Part shown: positions 9,640 through 19,429 of the stretch, in pieces
How the letters are laid out: each line of letters begins with the position of its first letter
Numbering within the stretch: position 1 is the first letter of the stretch
Assembly (NCBI GenBank): GCA_023249105.1
Contig: JAHFDG010000015.1
Coordinates: 1-64,000 of the forward strand
Length of the DNA stretch: 64,000 nucleotides
From: Candidatus Methanoperedens sp.
GTDB taxonomy: Archaea > Halobacteriota > Methanosarcinia > Methanosarcinales > Methanoperedenaceae
Direction: 5' to 3'
Notes under the pieces: model-generated
Databases searched by the model: none
Told to the model about the DNA's origin: nothing
What the model saw: the letters and a program-made list of their open reading frames with translations, nothing else
Made by a program: the position numbers and the translations under genes

Positions 9640-11496
9640 ATGTTCGGGTTTGGTAAAATAAAATGCAGCAATCCAAAATGCGGTGCTGAGAATAGCAAAA
9701 ACGATAAATTCTGTTCCGCTTGCGGCTCAAATCTTTCAAACACGGTTTGCAGTGGATGCGGTGCTAAAATCGGACAGGGAGAAAAATTCTGCCCTGAATG
9801 CGGAGCAAGAATAACTCCGATTCCCGTGGATGCAAGAAGCAAAGAGACACCAGTTCCAACATTGGACGAAAAAATAAAGCTGTGGTCAAGACAACCTCAA
9901 GATTTTGCGCGGCGGTTTGAACTTGATGATATAAAAGGAATCTTCAGGAAACATGTGACTGTTGAACAGGGCACTAAAGCTATCTTTCTCCAGGGTGGAA
10001 GGTTCATGGGTGAGCTAATTCCCGGAATGTATGATGCCGGAGGGCTTCTTAAACGAATAGGGAATCTGAACTTCTCAGAAACAGCCACTGTTATAGTGGT
10101 GGAAGGTTCTGATACACGGCTCGAATTTGAGATAAAAGAAGGTTTAAGAACAAAAGAGTCAGTTGAAGCTACTGTCAAAGGAACCCTTACACTAAATATC
10201 GAGAATCCAATAATGTTTTTCACCAACATGATGAAAAGCAGAGATGCAATTTCAATATTAGACCTGACAAAATTTCTTCAACCTGAAATGACAAACATTG
10301 TTCAGGCTAAAATCAAGCAGTATTCTCTTGATGATTTATACGGTAATCTCGAGCTTAAAAATGAAATACAGCAGGATTTTGAGTACCACATGAGAACAAC
10401 CCTTAATCGGCTCGGGATGAAACTGATTCATATTCCATCATTTGACTATACTGAAACCAATTGGAAAGATATTCTACAGAAAAGAGGCGATTTGGGTCTC
10501 GATGAGAAACGGGTAGGTATCGATGAGGGGCGGGAAGACTTAGATTACAAAAAACTTCAAATCAAAAAGCGAGCGCAGGCAAGGGAATCTGAAGGGAAAA
10601 TCAATGAGTTAAAAAATGAAGATGAAATTAATAAATTCATTCACAACCTTGCCAAAGAAGGTATTATCCGCGACAATGAAAAGATAGAGCTACAACGAAT
10701 TTTGCAAGAGAATCTTCAAGATCTTGGACTGGTTAGAAACCAAATACGAGAAAAGCTTTCCCACAGCCACAGAATAGGCATGCAGAAGGAATCTTTCCAA
10801 TTCGAAATGGATACGACACAGGAACGTGATAAGTTAAAAGATGAAATGGAAAGAAGAGAACTCGAGCGAAACCGGATAGAGGCTGAGCAGGGAATTGAAT
10901 TACTCGGAAAACTGAAAGCGACCAAACGCACTGATGCCGCTGGCTATCAGGAAATAGAAGCTAACCGTTTGAAGTCACGCTCTGGAGCAACAGATGAAGC
11001 ATTAATTTCAACAATTGGAGAAGATGGAGGTGGAAACCCTGCCATAGGTCATCTGGGAGAGCTTGCAAAGATGAAAGTTGCAAAAGGGCTTACTGAAGAA
11101 CAAATACTTGCTCTTCAGGCTAAAGACAGTGCTGGTATTGCAAAGGCATTCGAAGCAAAATACAGCTCGGAAAAGACGGAACAACTGTACCGTGAACGCA
11201 TGGCAGACCAGCAGAAGTTCCAGGAAACCATGGTCAATCTGACAGACAAGAACGCAGACCGGGCTGAACGCATGGCTGGCAAGAGCATGGAGCAGATGGG
11301 CGCCACGGCGGTGACGAGAGGACAGGCAGCAGTTCCCACGACAACTGTGGTTGGCGGAGGCTTCGGCGGCGCGCCAGTTGTAGTCGGGGCACAAAACGCT
11401 CCTATGCAGGAGAGAAAGGTGGTATTATGCCAGGGCTGCAATGCTGAAAATGCAGTAGGAACGAAATTCTGCACCACGTGCGGAGGGAAGCTTTGA
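9640..11496 (+). CDS. Double zinc-ribbon / SPFH (band-7, flotillin-like) domain protein with long coiled-coil and C-terminal zinc ribbon
   Basis: N-terminus has CSNPKCG...CSACG...CSGCG...CPECG (three CxxC pairs). The SPFH-like core runs from KHVTVEQGTKAIFLQGG to IHIPSFDYTE. The coiled-coil EA-rich tail resembles a flotillin domain. The C-terminal CQGCN...CTTCGG is a zinc ribbon. Confidence 0.55.
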   Translation: MFGFGKIKCSNPKCGAENSKNDKFCSACGSNLSNTVCSGCGAKIGQGEKFCPECGARITPIPVDARSKETPVPTLDEKIKLWSRQPQDFARRFELDDIKGIFRKHVTVEQGTKAIFLQGGRFMGELIPGMYDAGGLLKRIGNLNFSETATVIVVEGSDTRLEFEIKEGLRTKESVEATVKGTLTLNIENPIMFFTNMMKSRDAISILDLTKFLQPEMTNIVQAKIKQYSLDDLYGNLELKNEIQQDFEYHMRTTLNRLGMKLIHIPSFDYTETNWKDILQKRGDLGLDEKRVGIDEGREDLDYKKLQIKKRAQARESEGKINELKNEDEINKFIHNLAKEGIIRDNEKIELQRILQENLQDLGLVRNQIREKLSHSHRIGMQKESFQFEMDTTQERDKLKDEMERRELERNRIEAEQGIELLGKLKATKRTDAAGYQEIEANRLKSRSGATDEALISTIGEDGGGNPAIGHLGELAKMKVAKGLTEEQILALQAKDSAGIAKAFEAKYSSEKTEQLYRERMADQQKFQETMVNLTDKNADRAERMAGKSMEQMGATAVTRGQAAVPTTTVVGGGFGGAPVVVGAQNAPMQERKVVLCQGCNAENAVGTKFCTTCGGKL

Positions 11497-11639
11497 GAAT
11501 AAATATGAGAACATTAGGAACGACAATTTGGCTTGTATATCGCTTGTGACTGCAGTGGGGCGGGGTTGTGAGAGGATGTAGAGTTAAGAAAAAAAGGAGA
11601 TCGAGGGCTACATGTATATATATTAAATAAAAAGGAAAT

Positions 11640-14600
11640 ATGACTGAAAATTCACCTGAAATTCCAGCCTATGATATATACTGGAAAAAAAAATTAAAAT
11701 CTCTTAAGGATATAAGTTATTCAAGAGATGGGAATTACTTACTTGTAGGATCAAACGAGGGCAGAGTATATTTTTTTGAAAAAGATGGGACAGAACTATG
11801 GCAGCAGAATCTAAATGATATTACATGCCTTGGTGTATCAGGGGACGCGTCAAGAATTATCACGGGAAATAACTCCGGTTCATTATGTCTAATCTCGAAA
11901 GAAGGCAGGCGCGAGTGGGAAAAAAAAGTAAATGGTTCTATTAATTCGCTTTCGATCTCAGATGATGGAAAGAACATATGTATCGGCACTGATAAAGGCA
12001 TAATCTTTGATTTTAATGATTCAGGAAATGAGTTATGGAAGCATAAGATTAAAGGTACATTGGATGGTGGGATTTGTCATTCGCCAGATGGGAAATTCAT
12101 TGCAGTTGGGTCATGGGATACAGTTCACCTTTTTAGCGTGGAAGGCAAAATTATTTGGAAATTTAAATTTAACAAAAAAATTACTAATGTTTCTTTGGCT
12201 GAGAAAGCCTCTCTTATCGCAGCGTGTACAAAAGGAAGCATAGGGTTCATCGGAAATGAGGGCAATCTAATATCTGAAAAGGCAATTGCAAATGGATTCA
12301 AAAGTGCATCGATATGTGACAACCGTATTTATGCTATATCCTCAAATAATGTATATATTTTTAATAATAGAGGAGAACAGCAAACTTTTTTCGAAGCGCC
12401 AGAGAGTCTTTTAAAGATCTATGTAAACTCAAAAGAATTTATTTCAGCAATATCAGAAAACAGGATTTATATGTTTTCGTCTTTGATGAAGCCGGAGGTG
12501 AACATTCTAACAGAATCATTAATTTTCCGTGAAAAACAACCATTGAAAGTCGAAGTCCTGAACAACAGTCCTAAAGATTTTGAGTTAGAACTAGAATTAA
12601 GATCCAACGGATTAACTCCGGGTAATTTTAAATCACTTGTTAAAGTTCCTGCTAACGGAAAATCAAATGCTGAATTTTTGGTCGCTGCTGATAAAATAGG
12701 AAAATGCAATATTGAGTTTTTTATAAAAAATAAAAATATTAAATCAAATAAAAACATCATCGAAGTTGTTCCGCCAAAGATTGAATTGAATATTTCACAT
12801 CATCCTAAATATGAATTTAATGCAGAGGATGACGAAATTACAATGATTATAGACATTGAAAATAATGGGCAAGGAACAGCAAAAAAAATCGGTGTCGTTG
12901 GGGATAACAACCTTTTCTTACCAGAACTGAAACCTGAAGCTAAAACTTCTTTAACATACAAAATAAAGTTGCCATCCGGAGAGCATAATTTATCGAAGAA
13001 TATAATTTATGAAGATGAGTTTGACAACAAATTTAATATTGAATGTTCGGGTCGTATTTTGGTTGAAAAAGCGCCTTATGTATGGGGCTTAAAACAACCT
13101 GTGCCAAAAATCACTACAGGGAAAACAGAAATTATCAAATTTGATGTGAAGAATATCAAAAAAGATGTTTTGAATTTGATATTCAATATCACATCTGAAA
13201 AAATTGAGATTAAACCTGATAGTAAAGCGGTGCAGTTGAAGCCTTCAGAAAGTCAAGAGATGGAATTTAGTTTTATGCCAAGGGAATCTGGTGAGAATAT
13301 TGAATTTAGCATCATAATAGAATATGACGGCAAAATACAAAAATACGAAAATGATATCAAAGTATACGCCGGACCGCCGCATATTATTGTAAAAAACCAC
13401 TTGCCAAAAGATAAATACCTCCTTGGTGAGGAAATCTATGAGACACTGGAATTATTAAATGATGGGGAAAGCGCTGCAAAAAATATACAGATAGATGGTA
13501 TCCCTGAAAAGATCCCAATATTGGAACCGAAAATTCTGAAATTGGTTAACAGACCACTCCAGAGCAGTGAGGCAAAATCTTACAGATCCGAAAAAAACAG
13601 GATAAAATATGAAGATGATGTGGGAGATTATTCAATTGAGTTCGACTCCAAAGCTTATACTGTTCAATCACCGGCATTAAGAATAAAAGTGCCAGAAATT
13701 AATTTACAGGAAAATATCAAAAAAGAAGTTATGTTTGAAATAACGAATGTTAGTAATGAGTTGATGAAAGGCATCTCTGTTGAGCTTTCGATCCCTGATG
13801 ATAGGACCATCATAGATAAGCGTGCTATTGCTATTGAAACCATCAGCCCCAATACTACAATACCAGCAGTGTTCCATATGACTGCAAACAAAGAAGGAAT
13901 TGTGGATTTCAGCATATGCGCAAAACATCAAGGGGCGATTATCGCTCAGCAAGCCGGAACTTTCATTGTGGGTTCAAAGACCCCGGCGCTTATAATTGAA
14001 GCTGATGATGGTGGAATGGTGCAAAATGAGCATTCCCTGTTAAAATTAAAGATTACCAATACAGGAGAAATGGAAGCCAGAGATATATCCATTAAAATAC
14101 ATTGTGAAATCGATAAAATGTTCTGCAAAGAAGTAACGCCGTCAAATCATTCCGAATTAAAAGAAATAAAACCTTACGAAAGCAAAGTAATAAATTTGGG
14201 ATTCTATCCTGAAAATGCTGGCAGAGTCTCTCTAATTATTAGGAGTTTCTGTAAATCAATATATGGCAAAGACTTGCCGGAGAAAAGGAACGAAGTTATT
14301 TGTACAATCCGTCCCCAGGCTCAGAAAGCTGAAAAGCAAATTATTGTCGGTGGCGACTATTTTGATGGAGGTGGTACTAAAATTAAAGATGCCGTGGTTC
14401 AGAAATGCTCTTTTGACCAAAGCGGAGGAAATGTAGAAGATAGTAATATCCAGAAAGGTATCAGTGGTCAAGGTAGTGTTGATATTAGAGATAGCATCGT
14501 TCAAAGAACTTCTTTGGGAGACAATAAGAAAAATATAGAAAAATACCGGGCATTATGTATCCAGGCGTTCGAAGATGGAAAAATCACCATGGGAGAGCGT

Positions 14601-14957
14601 GACTTTTTGAATAATGAGGCAATACAACTTGGTCTTTCAGAATCAGAGAAAAGACAAATCGAAGATGATATATCAAGAAATAAAGGAGTTAAAACCGTTA
14701 ATATCGAAGCATACAGAAAGCAAGCATTTGCAGTGTTTAGGAAAGGTAAAATTACCCAGGACGAAAGAGGATTACTAGATGTATCAAGATTTAACTATGG
14801 TTTAAACAGAGAACTACAAAAACAAATTGAAAATGAAATTTTAGCGGCACTTTCAAAAGATAACATTATAGTAGAAGAAGAGAAATTTTGTCCTAATTGT
14901 GGAAAGATAATAATAAAAGGTACATTCTGCGGAGATTGCGGCAGAAAAGCTACATAG
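11640..14957 (+). CDS. Large multidomain protein: PQQ-like beta-propeller, multiple CARDB/Ig-like domains, DSVVQ motif, TerB-like helical repeats, C-terminal zinc ribbon
   Basis: N-terminal repeats of the GRVYFFEKDGTELWQ type. Several xNxGxxxAxxI CARDB-like units. GGDYFDGGG...DSIVQRT. Two KITxxERxxL helical repeats. C-terminal FCPNCG...CGDCG. Confidence 0.55.
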   Translation: MTENSPEIPAYDIYWKKKLKSLKDISYSRDGNYLLVGSNEGRVYFFEKDGTELWQQNLNDITCLGVSGDASRIITGNNSGSLCLISKEGRREWEKKVNGSINSLSISDDGKNICIGTDKGIIFDFNDSGNELWKHKIKGTLDGGICHSPDGKFIAVGSWDTVHLFSVEGKIIWKFKFNKKITNVSLAEKASLIAACTKGSIGFIGNEGNLISEKAIANGFKSASICDNRIYAISSNNVYIFNNRGEQQTFFEAPESLLKIYVNSKEFISAISENRIYMFSSLMKPEVNILTESLIFREKQPLKVEVLNNSPKDFELELELRSNGLTPGNFKSLVKVPANGKSNAEFLVAADKIGKCNIEFFIKNKNIKSNKNIIEVVPPKIELNISHHPKYEFNAEDDEITMIIDIENNGQGTAKKIGVVGDNNLFLPELKPEAKTSLTYKIKLPSGEHNLSKNIIYEDEFDNKFNIECSGRILVEKAPYVWGLKQPVPKITTGKTEIIKFDVKNIKKDVLNLIFNITSEKIEIKPDSKAVQLKPSESQEMEFSFMPRESGENIEFSIIIEYDGKIQKYENDIKVYAGPPHIIVKNHLPKDKYLLGEEIYETLELLNDGESAAKNIQIDGIPEKIPILEPKILKLVNRPLQSSEAKSYRSEKNRIKYEDDVGDYSIEFDSKAYTVQSPALRIKVPEINLQENIKKEVMFEITNVSNELMKGISVELSIPDDRTIIDKRAIAIETISPNTTIPAVFHMTANKEGIVDFSICAKHQGAIIAQQAGTFIVGSKTPALIIEADDGGMVQNEHSLLKLKITNTGEMEARDISIKIHCEIDKMFCKEVTPSNHSELKEIKPYESKVINLGFYPENAGRVSLIIRSFCKSIYGKDLPEKRNEVICTIRPQAQKAEKQIIVGGDYFDGGGTKIKDAVVQKCSFDQSGGNVEDSNIQKGISGQGSVDIRDSIVQRTSLGDNKKNIEKYRALCIQAFEDGKITMGERDFLNNEAIQLGLSESEKRQIEDDISRNKGVKTVNIEAYRKQAFAVFRKGKITQDERGLLDVSRFNYGLNRELQKQIENEILAALSKDNIIVEEEKFCPNCGKIIIKGTFCGDCGRKAT

Positions 14958-15031
14958 TTGGACTGCACCCCAAAAAGTGGACAGGTAGTTAAGAAACATT
15001 CTTAACAAACATCTACAGAAAGGGTGCAAAT

Positions 15032-15349
15032 ATGAAAACAAGGAAAAAATTCACACGAGAATTTAAAATATCGATTCTTCGTGAACTTGAGAACGGAAAA
15101 AGTGCAGCACAGGTATGCCGGGAAAACGGCATTCATCCCCCAATGCTATCAAAATGGAAACGGGAATACAAAGAAAATCCCGGGACAGCATTCAGCGGCA
15201 ATGGCGATATCAGCAAACCGGAAGCAAAATTAGCAGAATCAGAACGTCTCATAGGTCAGTTGTATGCTGAAAATGCATTTCTAAAAAAAGTATTGAGCAG
15301 CTTAGAGACCAAGCTGCAGGAGCATCAAAAACAGAGAGAAAGGAATTGA
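15032..15349 (+). CDS. IS3-family transposase OrfA (HTH)
   Basis: MKTRKKFTREFKISILRELENGKSAAQVCRENGIHPPMLSKWKREY is the classic IS3/IS911 OrfA helix-turn-helix. A leucine-zipper-like tail follows. Confidence 0.85.
   Translation: MKTRKKFTREFKISILRELENGKSAAQVCRENGIHPPMLSKWKREYKENPGTAFSGNGDISKPEAKLAESERLIGQLYAENAFLKKVLSSLETKLQEHQKQRERN
15283..15289 (+). promoter_or_regulatory. Putative -1 programmed frameshift slippery heptamer A AAA AAA (OrfA to OrfAB fusion)
   Basis: A-run at 15283-15290 in the OrfA frame. The -1 frame is open from here into OrfB (KKSIEQLRDQAAGASKTERKELMYM...). Confidence 0.5.
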
Positions 15350-16221
15350 TGTATATGACAATCCAGAACATGCATAAAGAGACCAATCAAATAAGCATAA
15401 GCAGAGGATGCTCAGCTCTCGGGGTCAACAGAAGCGTATACAGCAAATGGATCAGGCAGGACCAGACACATTACTCCGATCCTGAAGAGATGAAACTCAA
15501 GAACGAGATACAGGCGATTGCAATAGATTTTCCCAGATATGGATACAGACGGATAACAATCGAATTGCATCGACGTGGATTTGAAGTAAATCATAAGGTC
15601 GTTTACGAACTTATGAGAATAGACAACCTGCTGTGCATAAAAAAGCAATTTGTCCCAAAGACAACTGATTCTGAACACAACCTGCCAGTCTATCCTAATC
15701 TGGCGAGAGATATTGTGGTAACTGGCATTAATCAACTATGGGCGGCTGATATCACATATATACGCATGGTGCGGGAATTCATATATCTCGCGGTTATAAT
15801 CGATGTATTCAGCAGGAAGTGCATTGGATGGAAATTGGGCAGGGATATTGATGCAAAACTCGCTCTGGCAGCTCTGAATATGGCTTTAGCGGATCGCAAG
15901 GATTTGGGTATTTCGAACCTTATTCATCATTCTGACCAGGGAGTTCAATACGCCTCATGGGAGTATGTTGATAGACTCAAAGAAAACGGTATCAAGATCA
16001 GCATGAGCAGAAGGGGAAATCCATATGATAATGCTATCGCTGAGAGCTTCATTAAGACTTTGAAATACGAGGAGGTATATCTCTGGGAATATGAAACGTT
16101 TGATGAAGCCCACAAGAATATCAAGAAATTCCTGGAAGTGGTATATAATAAAAAGCGGGTTCATTCATCTATCGGGTATGTCACTCCTGAAGAATTTGAA
16201 AAATCTGAAGGGAGGTTTTAA
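15346..16221 (+). CDS. IS3-family transposase OrfB (rve integrase/DDE catalytic core)
   Basis: WAADITYI...HSDQGVQYAS...NPYDNAIAESFIKTLKYE are the DDE motifs D...D...E(35). It overlaps OrfA in the -1 frame. Confidence 0.9.
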   Translation: MMYMTIQNMHKETNQISISRGCSALGVNRSVYSKWIRQDQTHYSDPEEMKLKNEIQAIAIDFPRYGYRRITIELHRRGFEVNHKVVYELMRIDNLLCIKKQFVPKTTDSEHNLPVYPNLARDIVVTGINQLWAADITYIRMVREFIYLAVIIDVFSRKCIGWKLGRDIDAKLALAALNMALADRKDLGISNLIHHSDQGVQYASWEYVDRLKENGIKISMSRRGNPYDNAIAESFIKTLKYEEVYLWEYETFDEAHKNIKKFLEVVYNKKRVHSSIGYVTPEEFEKSEGRF

Positions 16222-16260
16222 ATAGTGAAGTTTCTTAACTGGTTGTACACAAAATGGGGT

Positions 16261-19200
16261 TCAGTCCAAGTATTTCTTGATCCTTTTAATAATTTCTTCG
16301 TTATTGAACATCGCTCTTGTCTTATCAAGCAATATGTTCCCAAATAATAGCGATGCACCTTCTTTACTTTTATCTTTGGTTTCTATTTGTATCAATTTTT
16401 GTGAAACTGCCCAGAGATCAGCAATAGGCGAAACATTGTAGTTCTGGATACTGCCTGTTATCTCCCGGTCCACAAGTTGAAGTTTGTTGAGTACATCTTT
16501 TTTGTGTTTATCTATGAATTCTTCGGGGTTGGTCATGTATAAGTTGATCATTTGATTATAATCTGCCATATTTATCGACACTTCTACTTTTCCGGACGCT
16601 TTAGAGCGCATGTTAATGAAATCCGAGATATTTTCTTCATTAGTCAGTGTGGTTTCCATTTCCTTGGTAATTTCCTCAGCCACAAAATAGAGATTATAAA
16701 TCTTTTCTTTTGAGGGATCAGAATCTAAATACCCTGGTGTAGTGGCTATAGTTTCAATGAGCCTTATGATCTCAATACAGATGCCCTTATAATATTCCGG
16801 GATGCACATATCGCATGAAGAAGATAGTTTTTTCATAGATTCATGCAATGATTTTTTGATATTATCCCCAATAGCTTTCAGTTCCTCATCAAGGTTTATT
16901 TCGGGCTTTAAGTAGATTTTCTTGTTCAGCTTTATATCGTTCACATCCAGAGACAGTACTTCAGTTTTATAATATTCCTTTTGAACCGATATGTCATGGC
17001 TGCCAAGCGATATGTCTGGGATCACCACATCTCCTTTCTCGTCGGTCATAAAGCTCATCTCGCCAAGTTTAACTTCAGCTCCAGAGAGTGGTCTTTCATT
17101 AGCAAATTCATACACTGAAATTTGCATTGTTGCTTTACCCCCGAGTTCGATGAGAATCCTATCATTTTTATTAACCTCTAATTCTCGTTTTTCTTCTTCG
17201 AACCCTTTAGAATTAATTCTCAGTTTGTACCATCCTTCTCTAACCTTTCCAAAAATCACCTTGCCGTCAATATCACTTACCCTTTCAATAAGCTCTCCGT
17301 CAGCGGATTCGAGAATTACTGTTGCTTTCCGGATTGGAGTTTTATTATACATGTTTTTTACTTCCAAAATCAAAGTGTAGGTATTTTCAATTTTTCTTGG
17401 TGGTTCTGGAACTGTAATCTCTTTTTTGCCAGGCTTTGATTTTGGCTTATCTACCTTGAGTGCAGTATCTACCCCCCGGGTATCTTTAGGTATGACTTTT
17501 TTGGGTTTGAAAAAGTGAAAAACCACAAGAAGAAAGACTACTAATACGACCAATAATATGACCAGAAAAGTTAGGGACTTATTTGAAGATGAGTCGTTCG
17601 AATAGTTCAGAGTATAAGTAGTTGGAATGCTGGGCGTAGAGGTTGATGTAATTTCATATCCACCTGAAAGAAGAGAACTTTCGCCGCTTATGGATTTTTC
17701 AATCAAAGGATAGAACCTGAGATTTGAGCCATCGTTTGCAACTTTAAATTTCAACCCGCCCATTAAATCGACAGTTCCAGAATTTAATAGGATTCTATTC
17801 TTATTAACTAAAACAACTGAGTCGCTATTAGAGCCTGTGACTTCGAATACTCCAAATCTGTCTCCGAGCCTAATATTACCAGCAGAATCAGAAGTCAGAA
17901 AAGTATATCTTAACTGCACCATATCTGAGGTTGCGCCCGCAAAAACACTATCTAAATAAGTGACCAGTATCGGCACAGATCCTTCATCGCCAAAATTAGC
18001 TTCGTATGTATATATTTGACCCTGTGCTAATACCTTATCATCCAGTTTTTTACCGTTTTTACTAAATACAAGCCATGCTTGCCGTGGAGATGCTTTGGCA
18101 TCGATTGATTGTGCTGTGATCGTATATCCGTATCCTATATCCCATGTTTCGCCGACTGTGAGCGATTTCTTTTCAGATGTTGACGCACCTTGTTCTAGCA
18201 GTATTTTTGCAAGTTTATTACTTTTTCCATTAATTGCAATGTATTTGTCTCCCTGCCAGCCAACTGCATTATAATAATTTTTGCCACCAACAGATATGCC
18301 CTTGGCTGATGTAACTTTATAGTTTACAGGAGCCGCTGAGGTTCGATAAGTAAGACTATTAGTTTCAATAAAATTATTGTTAGCATTAAATGAGCTAAGA
18401 GTAAGGGTCTCTGTGCTCTGGTCACTATCAAGATCGTACCATAACCCTGCAAAGTTATTAGCATTCCATGAGGCAGATCCCTTCGCCAGTTCACCTCTGA
18501 TTGTGTATTTATCCGATTCCTGTAATCTGATTACAGGAAAATATGTAAGGCGATCGCTATCAGCAACCATAAACTTAATATTACCCATCAAATCAACGCT
18601 CGCTCCTTTTAGAAGCTGTACTCCCACGTCATTTATCAATGCTAAATTATTATCATTTGCCGTAGAGACTTTGAATATTCCGTATTTATCACCTGACTGG
18701 ATTGTTAGGACGCTTTTTGAAACCAACCAGGAATATTTGAATTCAACAACATCACTTGTAGTACCAGAATTGATATTATTTATGTATGTTACAAAAATCG
18801 GTACGTTTGTTTCTCCTGCAAGGTATCCGCTGTAACTGTATATTTGCCCTTTAGCGATTACCTTATCATCCAGTTTTATGCCATCTTTACCGAGTACGAT
18901 CCATGCTTGCGGTGGAGATGCCTTAGCATCGATTGATTGTGCTGTAAGCGTGTAGCCGTCTCCCATGTCCCATGTTTGACCGACCCCAAGAACTTTGCTT
19001 TCCTGCGACTCTTGCTCTAAAACCAGCTTTGAGAGTTTATTTGCTTTACCATTAATAGCGATATACTTTTGTCCCTGCCATCCGATAGCGTAATAAGAAG
19101 TCTTTCCATCCACAGGCAGCCCTGTTGCAGAGTATACTCTAAATAGAATAGCCGTATCGAAAGTGGTGTATTGTAAGTTACCCTGCTCTATAAAGCGATT

Positions 19201-19413
19201 GTAATCATTTATTGAACCACGGACAACTAAAGACTCTGTACTTTTGTCAGCTTCGATATCGTACCAGAAACCTGCAAAGCTCTGGGCATTCCATGAAGCC
19301 TGTCCTGTGGCTTTAGAACCCCTGATTTCAATGCCTGCTGCTGCAATATTGGTTAAAAGAATTATTAATGCTGCGATTAAAATTAATTGTTTTATTTTAA
19401 GTGATTTAATCAT
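16261..19413 (-). CDS. S-layer-type protein with tandem DUF1608-like domains, TM helix and cytoplasmic CarbopepD_reg-like domains plus conserved C-module
   Basis: Signal peptide. Two ~280-aa repeats (SWNAxxFAGxWYD...AIGWQGxKYIAINGKxNKL...GxTWDxGxGYTxTAQSIDAKASP) are typical of Methanosarcina S-layer DUF1608. A TM segment LTFLVILLVVLVVFLLVVF follows. Cytoplasmic beta-sandwich repeats and a C-module with CDMCIPEYYKGIC and PIADLW complete the protein. Confidence 0.65.
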   Translation of the reverse strand: MIKSLKIKQLILIAALIILLTNIAAAGIEIRGSKATGQASWNAQSFAGFWYDIEADKSTESLVVRGSINDYNRFIEQGNLQYTTFDTAILFRVYSATGLPVDGKTSYYAIGWQGQKYIAINGKANKLSKLVLEQESQESKVLGVGQTWDMGDGYTLTAQSIDAKASPPQAWIVLGKDGIKLDDKVIAKGQIYSYSGYLAGETNVPIFVTYINNINSGTTSDVVEFKYSWLVSKSVLTIQSGDKYGIFKVSTANDNNLALINDVGVQLLKGASVDLMGNIKFMVADSDRLTYFPVIRLQESDKYTIRGELAKGSASWNANNFAGLWYDLDSDQSTETLTLSSFNANNNFIETNSLTYRTSAAPVNYKVTSAKGISVGGKNYYNAVGWQGDKYIAINGKSNKLAKILLEQGASTSEKKSLTVGETWDIGYGYTITAQSIDAKASPRQAWLVFSKNGKKLDDKVLAQGQIYTYEANFGDEGSVPILVTYLDSVFAGATSDMVQLRYTFLTSDSAGNIRLGDRFGVFEVTGSNSDSVVLVNKNRILLNSGTVDLMGGLKFKVANDGSNLRFYPLIEKSISGESSLLSGGYEITSTSTPSIPTTYTLNYSNDSSSNKSLTFLVILLVVLVVFLLVVFHFFKPKKVIPKDTRGVDTALKVDKPKSKPGKKEITVPEPPRKIENTYTLILEVKNMYNKTPIRKATVILESADGELIERVSDIDGKVIFGKVREGWYKLRINSKGFEEEKRELEVNKNDRILIELGGKATMQISVYEFANERPLSGAEVKLGEMSFMTDEKGDVVIPDISLGSHDISVQKEYYKTEVLSLDVNDIKLNKKIYLKPEINLDEELKAIGDNIKKSLHESMKKLSSSCDMCIPEYYKGICIEIIRLIETIATTPGYLDSDPSKEKIYNLYFVAEEITKEMETTLTNEENISDFINMRSKASGKVEVSINMADYNQMINLYMTNPEEFIDKHKKDVLNKLQLVDREITGSIQNYNVSPIADLWAVSQKLIQIETKDKSKEGASLLFGNILLDKTRAMFNNEEIIKRIKKYLD

Positions 19414-19429
19414 TTATACCTCTATGGCG

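Larger units (their letters stand above)
14959..16268 (+). mobile_element. IS3-family insertion sequence (OrfA/OrfB with -1 frameshift), imperfect terminal inverted repeats TGGACTG(C/A)ACCCCA...
   Basis: IRL TGGACTGCACCCCAAAAAGTGGACA...AGTTAAGAAAC at 14959. IRR is its reverse complement, ending ...TGGGGTTCAGTCCA at 16268. The ends are TG...CA. A candidate 3-bp direct repeat AGT flanks both ends. Two overlapping transposase ORFs lie inside. Confidence 0.8.
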
